Below, piece after piece: positions 34,579 through 55,170 of a stretch of DNA of 64,000 bases (the stretch's first letter is position 1; each line of letters opens with the position of its first letter). Under the pieces are notes generated by a model that was given only the letters and a program-made list of their open reading frames with translations, was not told the origin of the DNA and made no database searches. The position numbers and the translations under genes were made by a program. The DNA lies in the NCBI RefSeq assembly GCF_009914755.1, contig NC_060933.1. The stretch is one strand, 5' to 3'. This DNA comes from the human T2T-CHM13v2.0 reference genome, Homo sapiens.

Positions 34579-37500
34579 CAGGCGGCATGAAAGCCTGGAG
34601 TGTCAGGGGATCTGCATGTAGCTCATTCTGTTATGGAGCATCAGAGACTGGCAAGAGAGGTTAATGAACCGATCCAAGATGCCACAGTGAGAAAGTAGGA
34701 TTGAGAAGTGGCAGGGGCCAGATTACGATGGGCTTTATTGAGGTGGGTTTTTTTGTGAGAGCGACAAGGAGCCACGGAAGGGACGTGGCAGGATAACACT
34801 TGCCTTTGAGAGAGGTCACTCTGTGCCCAGCAGGGAGCAGAACTTGAAGGGGGATGGTTAGAGATGGGAGACCAGAAAGGAGCTAAAAGAATATGGCAGC
34901 CAGAATGGGGGGCTGACGAGGGGTGTCCCAAGATACACAGGTAGAATGGACAGGACTCGGCACCAGACTTGGAGAAGGAGGAGTGGAAAATGAAGAAGAA
35001 GAGGAGGAAGTCTGCAGCACGCTCGGGTGTCCCACCTGGCTGGTGGCTGATGGTGATGCCTCCCAGGGAGATGGGGACCCATGAGGAGGCCTGATGGGGA
35101 GAAGGCCACCGGGGCCTGGGGAGTGTCCCAGTGAGGACACCAGGAGGCAGCTGGCCATGGAGGTTGGGTTTGAATGCTGGGGGACACCAGTATGGGGACA
35201 CAGAGCAAAAGAAGAAATGCCAAAATGTAGCTGGAGAAGGAGGAGCCAGGGGGTAGGTGGTGAGCCAGGGAAGAGGAACATTAAGGGTGTAGGATGAGGC
35301 CAAAAAGCCTGGCAAAGGGACCAGACAACTCGTAGGGTGGGGGCAGCCGAGCCAGCCGCCGTTTCAGGTGAGAGATGGTAGTAAGCTGCTGAGAGTTGGG
35401 GCGGTGAGGAGGTGGACAAGGGCAGGGGCTGTACACCCCTCTTTTAAAGGCTTGGCAGGAAATGGAAAGAGAGATGGAAGACAGTAGCTAGCAGGAGGCT
35501 TGGAGTCCAGGGAGGGTTTTCATTTCCAAATGGGAGACATGAAGAGCTGCTGTGATTCAGAAGTTCAAGTCTGAGTCAGGTTACTGGAGGCAGGGAGGTC
35601 CCTGTGGAGGACATCGGGTTGAGGTCTGGAGTCCACTGGGGATGGTGGAGCTTCCACATTGAGACTGGAGGAGAGAAGCTATGAGTGAGAGGGTCAACCT
35701 AGACAAGGCAGAGGGAGGCATGATGTGAAGTGAGGCTGGGAGACATCAGCCCCCGGTCGTGGGGGGTCCCCAAGGGCAGGCTGAGGCGTCTGGCCAGGCA
35801 GCAGATAGGTGGAAGGTAGATGAGCTTCAGATCCAGACCAACCTGGGTTTGCATCCCACTCGCCAGCTGTGTGACCCCAAACGGTGCCCCCACCTCACCG
35901 TTCCCTCATCCCTGACACCAGAAGGGCAGTGGTCCCTGCCCCACGGGAACAAACTCACAAAAGGCATTCAGCACAGGATCCGGCGAGCAGAAGACCTCGA
36001 TAAATGTTAGCGAATAAGAATAATAAATACTGAGGGGCTATCGAAGGGTTTTTGAAGCCGGGAAGGGACGAGGTCAAATCTGTATTTTAGAAAGACCTCG
36101 CTGGAGGGGGAGGTAGCCTTGGGGAGAAACTAAAAGGTCGTGCCCTTCTTGAGGTATTTCTCTGAAGTCTGTGGGAAGTTTGTAGTGTCAGGTTAAGGAT
36201 TTTATTGGTTCCATGTTTGGGTTTTGATTCGGCCGTTTCCTTGGGTCCTCCTGCATAGACGCTGGTCTAACCGGCGTGTTCATCATTGACCTGGCAAGTC
36301 CGGCTCGGTGAGTTGGACACAACGGGGCTTCGAGGTGTATTTCAGTCATGAAATAAACTGATGGGAAAAGTAAATCCAGAAAAATCAATAAATAACATGG
36401 AGGGTGGATTTTGGGGAAGGACTAGGACAAGGGCTGGCAGGGCTCAGAGTGAGGGGCAGTGGGCCCCCCAGGAGGGCTAGGGGTGATTCTTTGAGAAATC
36501 CGGGACTGTTCCTCAGGGGCAGCCAGCAGCAATGATTCAGACATGACCGGCCCTCCTCTCCCATCCCTCACAGATTCAGCAGAAAAAGCTTCCACTCAGA
36601 AAGGCATTGATACATCTTATTGGAGATTACTGGGGCCCACGATGAGCCCAAGGTCTTGGGACTGGGTGAAATAGAAGAATGGCAGTAATAACAATAACAT
36701 TAGCAACAGTAATAATAATAACATTAGCAATGGTTATCGTTGAGTTCTTACTGTATGCCAGCCCTGTGATGAAACAAATACTATTAATAGCCCCGTTTCA
36801 CAGAGGAGGAGTCTGTGGCTCAGAGAATTACACTGTTAGCCCAAGGCCTCAGCTTAGGTTTCAGCCTCTGTCTTGGAAGAGCCACCTACGCTCCAGTCCA
36901 TCCTGCTCCAGCGACCCTGGCCCGCTTGGAGCTCTGGGCAGCACTTTCTCTGTGAAGCCTCAGGGAGAGTGAATTACTCTGCTTGTAACTCAGGCACAAA
37001 GTAGGAAGAGCCCCAGGAGCAGGTAGCTTCCCTTTCAGCTCTCTGCTAACCTGCTGTATGACCCTGCGCAAGTGGCTTCCCTTCTCTGAACCTTGGCTGC
37101 CTCTTTTGCAGGCAAGTACGGCCCAGTGTCTAGTCCCCAGGACTGTCTCGTAGATTCCACTGGCTCCTGCCTGTCTTTGGCCTAGCACATAGTAGGCACT
37201 CCAAGGAGGCCCAAGCCCGCTTCCCAGGGCTTCCCTGTCCGGGCTGATTATCTCCATGGAATCCACACTGTGAAAATAAACATGAACTCAAGTGGCCCCG
37301 GTCTCCGTGGCAGCCAAGGGGAAGCTCGGTCTCCAGCCCGTGTCTGTTCTAGGCAAGAACAAAAGTTTCCCTGTGAAGTTGCCCCCACCCCCGCTTCCCT
37401 TCTGGAACCAGCTGGGATGGGGGCGGGGGATGGAGGGGGCCAGGCCTGGAGCGTGGTGAGCTCAGCTGCCTGTCAAAACCCAGCCCCAGACCAACACCAC

Positions 37501-39244
37501 CCTGCTGAGACAGGTGGAGGGCTCTAGGCTCAGGAGCCTTGGGGGCAGGAAGTTGGACCTGGGGGCAGGATTTGCGGGCTCTAGGACACTAGGGATGGAG
37601 GATGCAGGGATTAGAGGCCGGGGATGCGGAGAGGGGCAGCGCCTGGTTATCCTTGCACAAAGTGCCACAGGGCCCATTCATCTATCTTACACCCCTTTGC
37701 CCACCAGCCTCCCTGTGCAGAGCCTGACAGATGCCAGATTTGGGGAGCTGGTGGGAAGTGAGCTGGCCCTGGAGGACATGGCAGAACCAGCACGAAACTT
37801 GGTATATCAGGGAGGAATGGGCTCAAACTCCGGCTCCGTCATTATTTGTTGGGGCCTTGGGCAGGTCAGGGCCCCCTGAGTCTCCATTTCTGCATCTGTC
37901 ATGGAATGGACGATCTGGCCAAGGACTGGGCAGCCTACTGGGGTCGAACATGAGGCACAGCAACAGGGAGCTCAGACACGTGCCAGCCTAGGAGGACAAG
38001 AGAGCTGGGTGACAAGGCAGGGTTCTGAGGAGGAGCAGAGAGCCCCTGAAAAAGATCTACCCCAGTAGAAGAGAGCCAGCAACAGTGAGTTGGGTTCAGC
38101 CCAGGCTGGGGAGCTGAGGGCAGTGTGGACACAAGGTGGTGCTCTGGGGGGCAGATGGCAGTCTTGACGGCAGTGTGGACACAGGTCTCCTAACAATGTG
38201 GAGAGAAGAGTGGCTGTGCAGAAGGAAGCCCTGTTTCTCTAAACTCTAGCCCTTCGTGTGCCCAAGCTGTCCTGCTGTGGGGCCCCCTAACCAAGCGTAA
38301 GCCAGTGACCTTGCCGTTTCCTCCAAGGTCATCAGAGCACAGGAAGTCCACAGGGAGGAGCAGCTCCACATGGACAGCAGGCCAAGTGGAGCCATGTGGA
38401 TTAGTGGCAGCCATCATGACAGAAGCAGCATCGCTTGTCCCTAAGAGGCCAAGGAGGCTCAGAGGCAGCCACAAGCTGCGAGTTCTGGCATGGCCAGTGG
38501 TCGTGGTGGTGAACTTTGTTTGGCAGTGCAACGGCAGCATTGGTGAGGGAGGATAGAGGCAGTGTAAAATGCAACCAGAACTTATGTGAAAACCTCAATC
38601 ACACTGCTTAAAAAAACTGAATTAATGATGGTTTATCACCAGAAGATAGAAATATGGTTGATTTTTGTATATTGATCCTGTATCTGGCAACCTCACTAAA
38701 CTTGCCTATTAATTCTAGTTGCTTTTTTGAAGGTTATGATGGATTTTCTATCTAGATAAGCATGTCATTTGGAAATAAATGCAATTTTATTTTTCCTTTC
38801 AAAATCAAGTGGCAACCAGGACTCATCTATGGGTGCATGTTATCTACCCGCTGGGGTCGCCCTGAAACACGTGGAAGAATGAGGCTCTGCAAGGAGCTAG
38901 GTCTCCTGAGTGGAGAGGCAGATGTTCAGAGCGAGCCACATCCAGCTTGCTGTCCTCACAGGCTGTTGATGTCAGAGTTCTGGGAATCGCAGTCCCTCCT
39001 GTGCTGGGTGATTACAGTATTCATGATGTCAGAGCTGTGAAAGTGTCTGAAGTGGAACAAGATTTAAAGCCCACAGGGCGGGGCTCTCCACTTTCTGTGA
39101 AAGACATTTAAATTCTTAATAATGTACTTTATTCAAATATTAAACATTTCAATAAAAATTACACTGTAGGTTTTTCCATCTTTAAAACTTTCAGATTCAG
39201 CAATCCTACCCTTAGAAACTTATCATTAGACAATTATAAAATCT

Positions 39245-43661
<4,417 letters not shown>

Positions 43662-44204
43662 TCAAATTGGGTAGATGATGATGACGTGCAAAGTCTGAGG
43701 TCAGACCTTCCTCTACAAGCATCGGGAACTTGACTAGAAAAAAAATTTGGTTTATAATTTGGGAGAAGAGTATGTAGCTTATACTCCCATTTCTCTAAGA
43801 AAAGTAGAGGCATTAACTTTTAAAATGGAAGGACAAAACAAAAACTTGAAGCAGCAACATTTCTCTAAAGGGAGAGGAAGGAAACAAGGTGGAGGGGGAG
43901 ACAGACCCTTCATAATATTTCTTGTTTTGTAGACCTGACTTGGAAACCAGGCAAATATTTAATATAATCATAAACTAATGTGAAATGCTTGGAAAAGAAA
44001 TTTCTAATATCAAAAGCAAAACAAACCCAAAAGGCTAACTTATGGCAAGTTGGTGACATCACCACACAGAGAAGAATTACCCCAGGTCACTAAAACGCAG
44101 TCATTTTGACTGTCCCTCCCTAATAAGACATTCCCTAAAGAAAAAGCAAAAATAAAGACATAAACTACAAAAGAAAAATAATAATAATCATACTGTTGGG
44201 GCGC

Positions 44205-44895
<691 letters not shown>

Positions 44896-45079
44896 TGATA
44901 GTACTGGCATTCTTATCTGAGAGTGTGAAGTGGGTCAGACTCAACAGATGAGTTTATCTTTCACTGGGAACTGAAAAGAAAGGGCATTTCTCATGGGAGA
45001 AAGAACAGACAAGGCTAAGTAAAAACATGGTGATCCTGAATTTAAATTAGAAGTGTCAATATGAACTCATGATTTTTTA

Positions 45080-45710
45080 AGCACATTAGTAGACTTTATT
45101 TTTTTAGCAGTTTCAGGTTTACAGAAAAATTCAGCAGAAAATAGAGAGTTCCCGTATATCCCTTCATCTCCCCAACCCCCTCCCAGTTTCCCCTGTTGTG
45201 AACATCTTTCATTAATGGAGGGCTCTTTTTTAAAAATCAGACCAGTGACATTGCATAATGGCATACATTTGTTACAACTGATACATCAATAATGAGACAT
45301 TGACTAAAGTCCACAGTTTACATTCAAATTCACTCTTGATTTACATTCTATGGGTTGGAACAAATGTATAATGACATATATCTACTATTATAATATCATA
45401 CAGAGTAGTTTCACTAATCCTGTGTGCCCCCTGTCCAGCCCTCCCTCCCCCAAACACTTGGAATCTATGGATCTTTTACTGTCTTGATAGTGTTGCCTTT
45501 TTGTATAGTTAGAATCATCTGTGTAGCCTTTACAGACTGGCTTCTTCCACCCAACAATATGCATTTAAGGTTCTCCTGTGTCTTTTCATTGCTTGGTAAC
45601 TCTTCCTTTTAAGCGCTGCATAATATTCCATTGTCTGGATGTACCATAGTTTGTTTACCCAGTCACCTACTGAAGAACATCTTGCTGCTTCCAAGTTTTG
45701 GTAATCATAA
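45080..45710 (-). mobile_element. L1MC-type 3' fragment
   Basis: Reverse of an L1M 3'UTR (gactaaagtccacagtttacatt; taatattccattgtctggatgtacc). Confidence 0.7.
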
Positions 45711-46102
45711 TTTGTGATGCATTTTACCTTTTAAAAAATGTATTTCTGAGCTCTATTCACTCAAAATGCCCAGAAACAATGACCAACCCAATAGTAATGA
45801 GCATTGCATAAAACAAGATCGTGCTTTCTAAATAATATTCCTCACTCAAAGGAACCAGGACTCCTTAGACAGATGGCTGATTCCAGGTTTGGAGCAGCAA
45901 GTGTACAAGATGAGTCTGGGGCACCTTGCTGTTCCAGAAAGCAAGGAAGCCATCAAAGCCAACTGGGGTCAAAGACATCAGGAACCAATCCAAAGAGGTT
46001 CTCTCTGGCTGAATAGGATCATTTGAACAGCAATAAGAATAAGAATCACAGGGGACTGAAACACATCAAATAGCATTCAGTCCCTATATTCATAATGATA
46101 CT

Positions 46103-49100
46103 GTTTTTTTGAGAGAGGTTGAGGGGTGGGGTCTCATTCTGTTGCCCAGGCTGGAGTGCAGTGGCGCGATTTTGGCTCACTGCAGCCTGGACCTCTGGGC
46201 TCAAGTAATCCTCCTACCTCAGCTCCCCAAGTAGCTGGGACTACAGGTATGTGCTCCATGGCTAATTTTTGTATTTTCTGTAGAGACAGGTTCTTGCCAG
46301 CCCAGGCTGGTCCTGAACTCCTGGGCTCAAGTGATCCTCCCACCTCAGCCTCCCAAAGTGCTGAGATTACAGGTGTAAATCACCAAGCTCGGCCCCATAA
46401 TGATACTTTTTTAAAAATCAATTTTAAAAAAAAACCTCTCAGGATGCTAGGAAACAAACTCATTATTTGAAAGCCATTAAAGAGCCAAGTCTTGCACTGT
46501 CTATAGTGTATATACTGAAAGAGGGCATACTGCGCCTTGGGGTAACTAAAGAGTTAATGAGGAGATGCCCTTTTTCAAGTATTCCAGCTAATAAATGAAG
46601 AAGGAAGATAGAATTAGAACACCAAATTAGCTGGGTGTGGTGGCACATGCCTGTAGTCCCAGCTACTTGGGAGGCTGAGGTGAGAGGATCACTTGAGCCC
46701 AGGAGATTAAGGCTGCAGTGAGCCAAGATCCCACACTGCATTCCAGCCAAGGTGACAGAACAAAACCCTGGCTAAACAAAAAAAAAGCATCATCATTTTG
46801 CAAGCCTTAATGAGATAGTGAATCTAGGCAGTGAACATCCACAGCTACAAACTTCACCCAAAAAAAGAGCTCACAAGACATTATGGGCCTCCTGACAAAA
46901 GGACACAGCGCGATACCTCCTGTGAAGTATTGCTGCCAAAAATCAAACCTGAACCTGATCAAGCCTCTAGATCTAATTACAAGAAATTCCGAAGACAGAG
47001 GAACATGTTAAAGGACCCCACAGGAATACAAGCAGCAAAATCCAGATTGAGGGAAATGCTGCTGGACAAACAATGGGTTTCTTCCACAGATATTAATAAA
47101 CAGCAAGAGTGGAGAGGTGGAGAGACAGAGACAGAGATGTGGGGAGAGAGAAACTATAGATTAAAAGAGACTTAAAACACACATGGCCTTTTTAATAAGA
47201 TGTACAAAACATGTAGGAGACAATCAGGGAAATTGTAGGCGCTGACTAGATCAATTTGATGATAATTTTTCCAGGAGTGATAATGGCATTCTGGCTATTA
47301 TAACCTTTTGAAGATTCCCTTATCTTTTAGAAATATATACCAAAATAGTCATGGTTGAAACGTTATGGTGTCTAGGATTTGCTTTAAAATAACCCAATGA
47401 GATAAGGGTATTGGGGTGGGAAGTAGAGGAAACAAGATTGGGCATGAGTTGTCACTCTGAGGCTGAGTAACTGGTACATTATTCTACTGTTATATATGTT
47501 TGAAATATTCCATGATAAAAAAAAAAAAAGCTTACCAGAAATAAACATTTTGGAAAGCTCCTTTTCCAAAACAAAAGCAGAGGCAACCAGGATTTCTTGT
47601 GCCTCAGGTGTTTTTATGTTGTCACCATTGTGTGTAACATGTGGCCAGAGTGAGTGGCAGCTTTCTTCCCAGTAGTCTTTCCTTCCTTCCAAGTATGTTG
47701 GTGAGTTGGTTCTAAACTGCCTGATAAGGGGTGAGGAGGAGCCACATACGATGTGCCTTCATTGGATCAGCCTGCCTCCCAGGAAGGACCACCAACCATG
47801 GGGCAGAGGGAACAAAGCTGGGTCTGGGCCCCAGCACTGCAGCTGACTTGGCAGGTTCAAGGTAGGAGCACTGCAAACCCAGCTACCTGGGCAGGTTTCT
47901 CTCTGGGGCACGTGCGGTGCTAGGGCACTCACAGCAGGCATAAATCATGTGGATAAAAGCAGAGTCATGTGATGATTAAAAGCTTGCTACTTGGGAGGCT
48001 TAGGCGAGAGGATCACTTGAGCCCAGGAATTCAAGGCCAGCCTGGGCAACACAGCAAGACTCCACGTCCATAAAAATAAATAAATAAATAAATAGGCCAG
48101 GCACAGTGGCTCATGCCTGTAATCCCAGCACTTTAGGAGGCTAAGGCAGGTGGATCACCTGAGGTCAGGCATTCAAGACAAGCCTGGCCAACATGGTAAA
48201 AACCCGTCTCTACTAAAAATACAAAAATTAGCCGGGCATGGTGATGGGCACCTGTAATCCCAGCTACTCAGGAGGCTAAGGCAGGAGAATCGCTTGAACC
48301 TGGGAGGCAGAGGTTGTAGTGAGCCAAGATCACGCCACCGCACTCCAGCCTAGGTGACAGAGCAAGACTCCGTCTCAAAAATAAACAAACAAACAAACAA
48401 ACAAACAAGAGCCTGGGCTCTGAGAGACATGGGTTCAAATTCCAGATCTACCCATCAGAACCTGTGTGGCTGGTGGGCATGTGCCTTTACCTGCCTGAGC
48501 CTCAATTTCCCCACTTGTAGATTGGGAACAGTATGAGTGTATTAGTTTGTTTTCACACTGCTATAAACAAATACCTGAGACTGGATAATTTTTAAACTAA
48601 AGAGGTTTAATTGACGCACAGTTCCTTATGGCTGAGGAGGCCTCAGGAAACTTACAATCATGGTGGAAGGCGAAGGGGAGGCAGGCACCTTCACCACAAG
48701 GCGGCAGGAGAGAGAAGAGTGAGGAAGGAACTTCCAAACACGTATAAAACCATCAGATCTCCTGATAACTCACTCACTATCATGAGAACAGCATGGGGGA
48801 AACTGCCCCCATGATCCAATCACCTCCCTCCCTCGACACGTAGGGATTACAGGCCCCTCACTCGACCCGTGGGGATTACAACTGGAGATGAGATTTGGGA
48901 GGGGACAGACAGCCAAACCATATCAATGAGAATCTTCCGATCAGGCTGTTTTGTGGATTCAGTGTGAGAGTATGTGTGAAGCACTGAGCTCAGCGCCAGG
49001 CTAGAGTGATACCCAACATATGGTGGTTATTTCTACTGCTGTTATTGTTATCGTTGTTAGGCCTAGCCAGAATATAAAGCAGGGCTTTTCCCCAAAAATT

Positions 49101-49890
49101 ATTCCTTAGATTTGACCACTTAGAGAGTATGCTATATCATGGGACACATTCCCAATTACTTCATTTTGACCAATAGAATGCTATTTGGGAAAGACGCATT
49201 AGCCTGAAATGGCCTCACTAGATGCTCATTTTGGATGCTAATGGCAGTAACCTGACAAATGTGCTAAAAGAAAGATCAGGTAATTTTGTTGTAGCTTTAG
49301 AATTTCTCCAGGGAGTGTGGTCTCATGCACACAGGGGATGGATATTGTTGCAAACAAGCCTTTTACTGCCCATTTTGTAACACAATAAAAAAGGTGTGCA
49401 GAGTATGAATTTATACTTACCAGAAGAATAAAAGTAACCTAGTAGCCTAATGTTCAGCAAACAGTTATTTTTGGCTTGGGATAATTTTAGCACCGTGTAA
49501 GAATTTGTAACAAACAACTTAGAGAACTGGAGACAGGTACGCTAGAAAATGATGGACGTCTCAAAAAGTAGCCAGGTAATGACAAAGGACACAGATTCAA
49601 AAATGCAGGTAGAGACTGAGCAAGGTGACTCACACCTGTAATCCCAGCGCTTTGGGAGGATGAAGCCAGCAGATTGCTTGAGCCCAGAAGTTCAAGACCA
49701 GACTGGGCAACATGACAACACTCTGTCTCAACTAAAAATACAAAAATTAGCCAGTGTGGTGGCACTCGCCTGTAGTCCCAGCTACTCTGGAGGCTGAGGT
49801 GGGATGATTGCTGAGCCCAGGAGATCAAGGCTGCAGTGAGCCAAGATTGCACAACTGCACTCAAGCCTGGGAGACAGAGTAAGACCCTGT
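46103..49890. mobile_element. Alus at 46103-46395 (-), 46625-46790 (+), 47985-48408 (+, monomer plus full copy) and 49615-49890 (+)
   Basis: Alu consensus matches. Confidence 0.85.
48538..48925 (-). mobile_element. THE1-type (THE1D-like) solo LTR
   Basis: tgtattagtttgttttcacactgctata...cagccaaaccatatca, with TSD ATGAG at 48533-48537 and 48926-48930. Confidence 0.88.
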
Positions 49891-49919
49891 TACACAGACA
49901 CACACATGCACGCAGTAGG

Positions 49920-51335
49920 TAGAGCACAAGCAACAAACGAAAAAATAAATTGGACTTTGTCAAAATGTAAAATTTCTGTGCATCAAAAGATACAGTCAAC
50001 AAAGTGAAATGGCAACCCGTGAAATGGGAGAAAACATTGGCAAACCATATATGTGATGAGGAGTTAATATCCAGAATATATAAAGAACTCCTACAACTCA
50101 ATCACAAAAAAACAAACAACCCAATTAAAGAATGGAGAAAGGGGGCCAGGCACGGTGGTTCATGCCTGCAATCCCAGCACTTTGGGAGGCTGAGGTGGGC
50201 AGATCACCTGAGGTCAGGAGTTCGAGACCAGCCTGGCCAACATGGTAAAACCCCGTCTCCACGAAAATACAAAAATTAGCCGGACGTGGTGGTGCACAGT
50301 TGTAATCCCAGCTACTCCGGAGGCTGAGGCAGGAGAATTGGCTTGAACCTGGGAGGCAGAGGTTGCAGTGAGCCGAGATCGTGCCACTGCCCTCCAGTCT
50401 GGGCAACTGAGCAGGGCTCCATCTCAAAATAAATAAATAAATAAAGAAAGAAAGAAAGAAAGAAAGAATGGGGAAAGGGCTTGGATAGATATGCTTCCAA
50501 AGAAGATATACAAATGGCCAATAAGAACATAAAAAAGATGTTCAACTTCACTAATCATTAGGGAAATGCAAATCAAAACCACAATGAGATACCACCTCAT
50601 ACCCACTAGGATGGCTACTATCAAAAACAAACAAACAAACAAACAAAAAACAGAATGTGGAGAAATTGGAACCCTGTGCACCATTGAAAGGAATACAAAA
50701 TGGTGCAACCACTATGGAAAACAGTACGGCAGTTTACTTAAAAAACTTAAAAATTGAATTACTATAGGTCTAGCAAACCACTTCTGGGTATATACACAAG
50801 ATAACTGATGGCAGGGACTCAAAGAGGTATTTGCACACCCATGTTCACTGCAGCATTATTCACAATAACGAAGCAACGGAAGCAACTCAAGAGTCCACTG
50901 TCAGATGAATGGATAAACAAAATGTGAGCTATATACACATAATACACTATTATTCAGCCTTAAAAAGGAGGTAAATTCTGATACATGCTACAACATGGAT
51001 GACCCTGGAAGACATTATGTTAGGTGAAATAAGCCAGTCACACATGCACAAATATGTACAATTCCACCTCCATGAGGCACCTAAGAGTAGTCAAATGCAG
51101 AGACAGAAAAAGCAGAACGGTGGCTGCCAGGGACTAGGTCAGGGGAGGGCACTGGGGAGTTATCCTTTAATGCATACAGTTTGTTTTACAAAATGAAAAG
51201 AGTACTGGAGACAAATAGTGGTGATGGTTGTATAACAACGGGAATGTACTTACTGTCACTGAACTGTACACATACGAATGGTGAAGACGGTAAATTTCAT
51301 GTTATGTATACTTCACCAAAATTAAAAGATAATAA
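49920..51335 (+). mobile_element. L1MA/MB 3' fragment with Alu insertion (50144-50460)
   Basis: ORF2-end peptides [15 protein letters not shown] and [13 protein letters not shown], then a 3'UTR. Alu TSD aaagaatgg(a/g)gaaagg. Confidence 0.85.
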
Positions 51336-51366
51336 CAAAAAAATGCAGCTGAAGGGTTTGAAATTA

Positions 51367-52980
<1,614 letters not shown>

Positions 52981-54810
52981 ATGGGAAGAGCTGCTCAAAG
53001 AAATGGTAGAAAACATATATTTTTAAAAGCTCTTGTACCCCCATATCCTGAAAATGCAGTTTTCCTTTGGCAGAGTCTCCTCGGGACTGTCACCTTACAA
53101 TTGCCCCCACAATGGGCCCCAGTGGGAAGCTGGCCTGTTGTTTTTTGCCTTGAGTCTTTGGCTGATCTACATGGGAAAGGCATATCCCCAGCTACAGAAC
53201 CAGCACAACGTGGACTATGTAATATTCAAGGGTATATGTCCCTTCTCCATCTCATAGATCCCCTTCCACCGCCTTGACACTGAAGAGCAACCTCCCCATC
53301 ACTCCTTTCTCATTGTTCCTGGGTTTCTCTCTGAGACTGCGAGGGCGTAGAATGAGGAATGAAAAAGACATGCAACCCCATCTCACCATGAAGGAGAATC
53401 ACAATCACGGGTTGCTGAGAACATGTAAGAGGTAGCTCTAAGCTAGCCTGGGAGGTAAAGGAAGGCTTCCAGGAGGAGGTGACCTTTACATTGAGACAGA
53501 AAGGATGAACAGGAATAAGCTAGGAAGAGGGAGTGAAGAGGGCTTTCCAGGTGAAGGGAACGACCCATTCAAAGCCTGGAGGCAGGACAGAGTATGAGCT
53601 GCTTGAGAAACAGAAATCAGGCCAATGTGCTCGGCACTCAGCGTAGCATGGAGAGCCAAGGGGAGGGAGGAAGAGATGAGGCCAGGGAGAGGCCACGGGG
53701 AGGATTCTAGACTTGGAGGCTTTTCCTGAGTTTGGAAAAGCCCAAATTACCAAGCTCTTCCAGGGAGAATAACTCAACTGGGCAGATTGTGTGAGCTGGA
53801 GCGGAGGTGGAGGTCAGGACGCCAAGATGGAATTTTCTGGCTTTTCTGCACACTGGGGACAGTTGCAGGGCTGTCTAGATCCCACAGAGCTCAACAATAT
53901 GCCTGACTCACCACCCCTCTGAGGCTGCCCAGCCCACAGGTGACAGTGTCAGGGCTGCGGCCACCCGCCTGGTTCTGCCACTCAGCGACCTTGGACAAGG
54001 CCCCCCTACCCACAAGTCTCTTTATTCATACAATTGTAATGACAGCTACGTCCCAGCCTTACTCTAGGATTCCATGAGATCATTCTAGGTCAGAGGCTTT
54101 ATTAATAAAGGTTATTATTATTACTATTACTGTTGTTGATGATGTTTGCAGCCTGGCCCAACTCCTGGGCACTGCTTTGTCCGCTGGTTGCTGGTTCTGT
54201 TTCAGGGACAGACACTAGCAAGGCGCAGGGCTGGCATGTTTGCTTTTTTGCATACATGCGAATCTTGCATTCAGAAGAGCCCCTCCTTCCACAGAGGGTC
54301 CAGCGGGGTTGCTTGGGGGACACATTCCAGAAAGAATAACTCTGTGTAACATGAAACCCTGAATCTGGAAACACAGCCTCTATGGGAAATTGGAGGATAA
54401 GGTCTGGTCTGTGGACCGCCCAACCTCATTCCATACAAAAGGGATATTGAAACCCAAAGGCCTCATCCCTTGGCCTCCAGACTATGGTCTCGCCCTCACC
54501 GCGGCCTGAGAGATCTTCCTAAAAACCAAACTTGACCAGGACACTGCCCTGTTTCAACTCTTCCATGGCTCCTACTCAGGTTCCCCCTGAGGATCAGGTC
54601 CACACGCCTCATTGTGACCTACAATGCCCTGTGGTCAGGCCACTGTCCATACCTGCAGCCACACCAGAGCCTGCTCTGACCCAGCCACATGGGCCTCCAG
54701 CGGATCAAGTTCTTTCCTGCTTCAGGACCCCTGCACATCCGTGAGCCCTCTTCCCACTCTAACAGGCGACTGCTAATTCTTCCAGATTCAGAAGTCTACA
54801 GACTTTGTTA

Positions 54811-55170
<360 letters not shown>

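Noticed and set aside
34641-35419. 224-aa and 178-aa minus-strand ORFs
   Set aside because: They lie in purine-rich degenerate L2 sequence and are compositionally biased.
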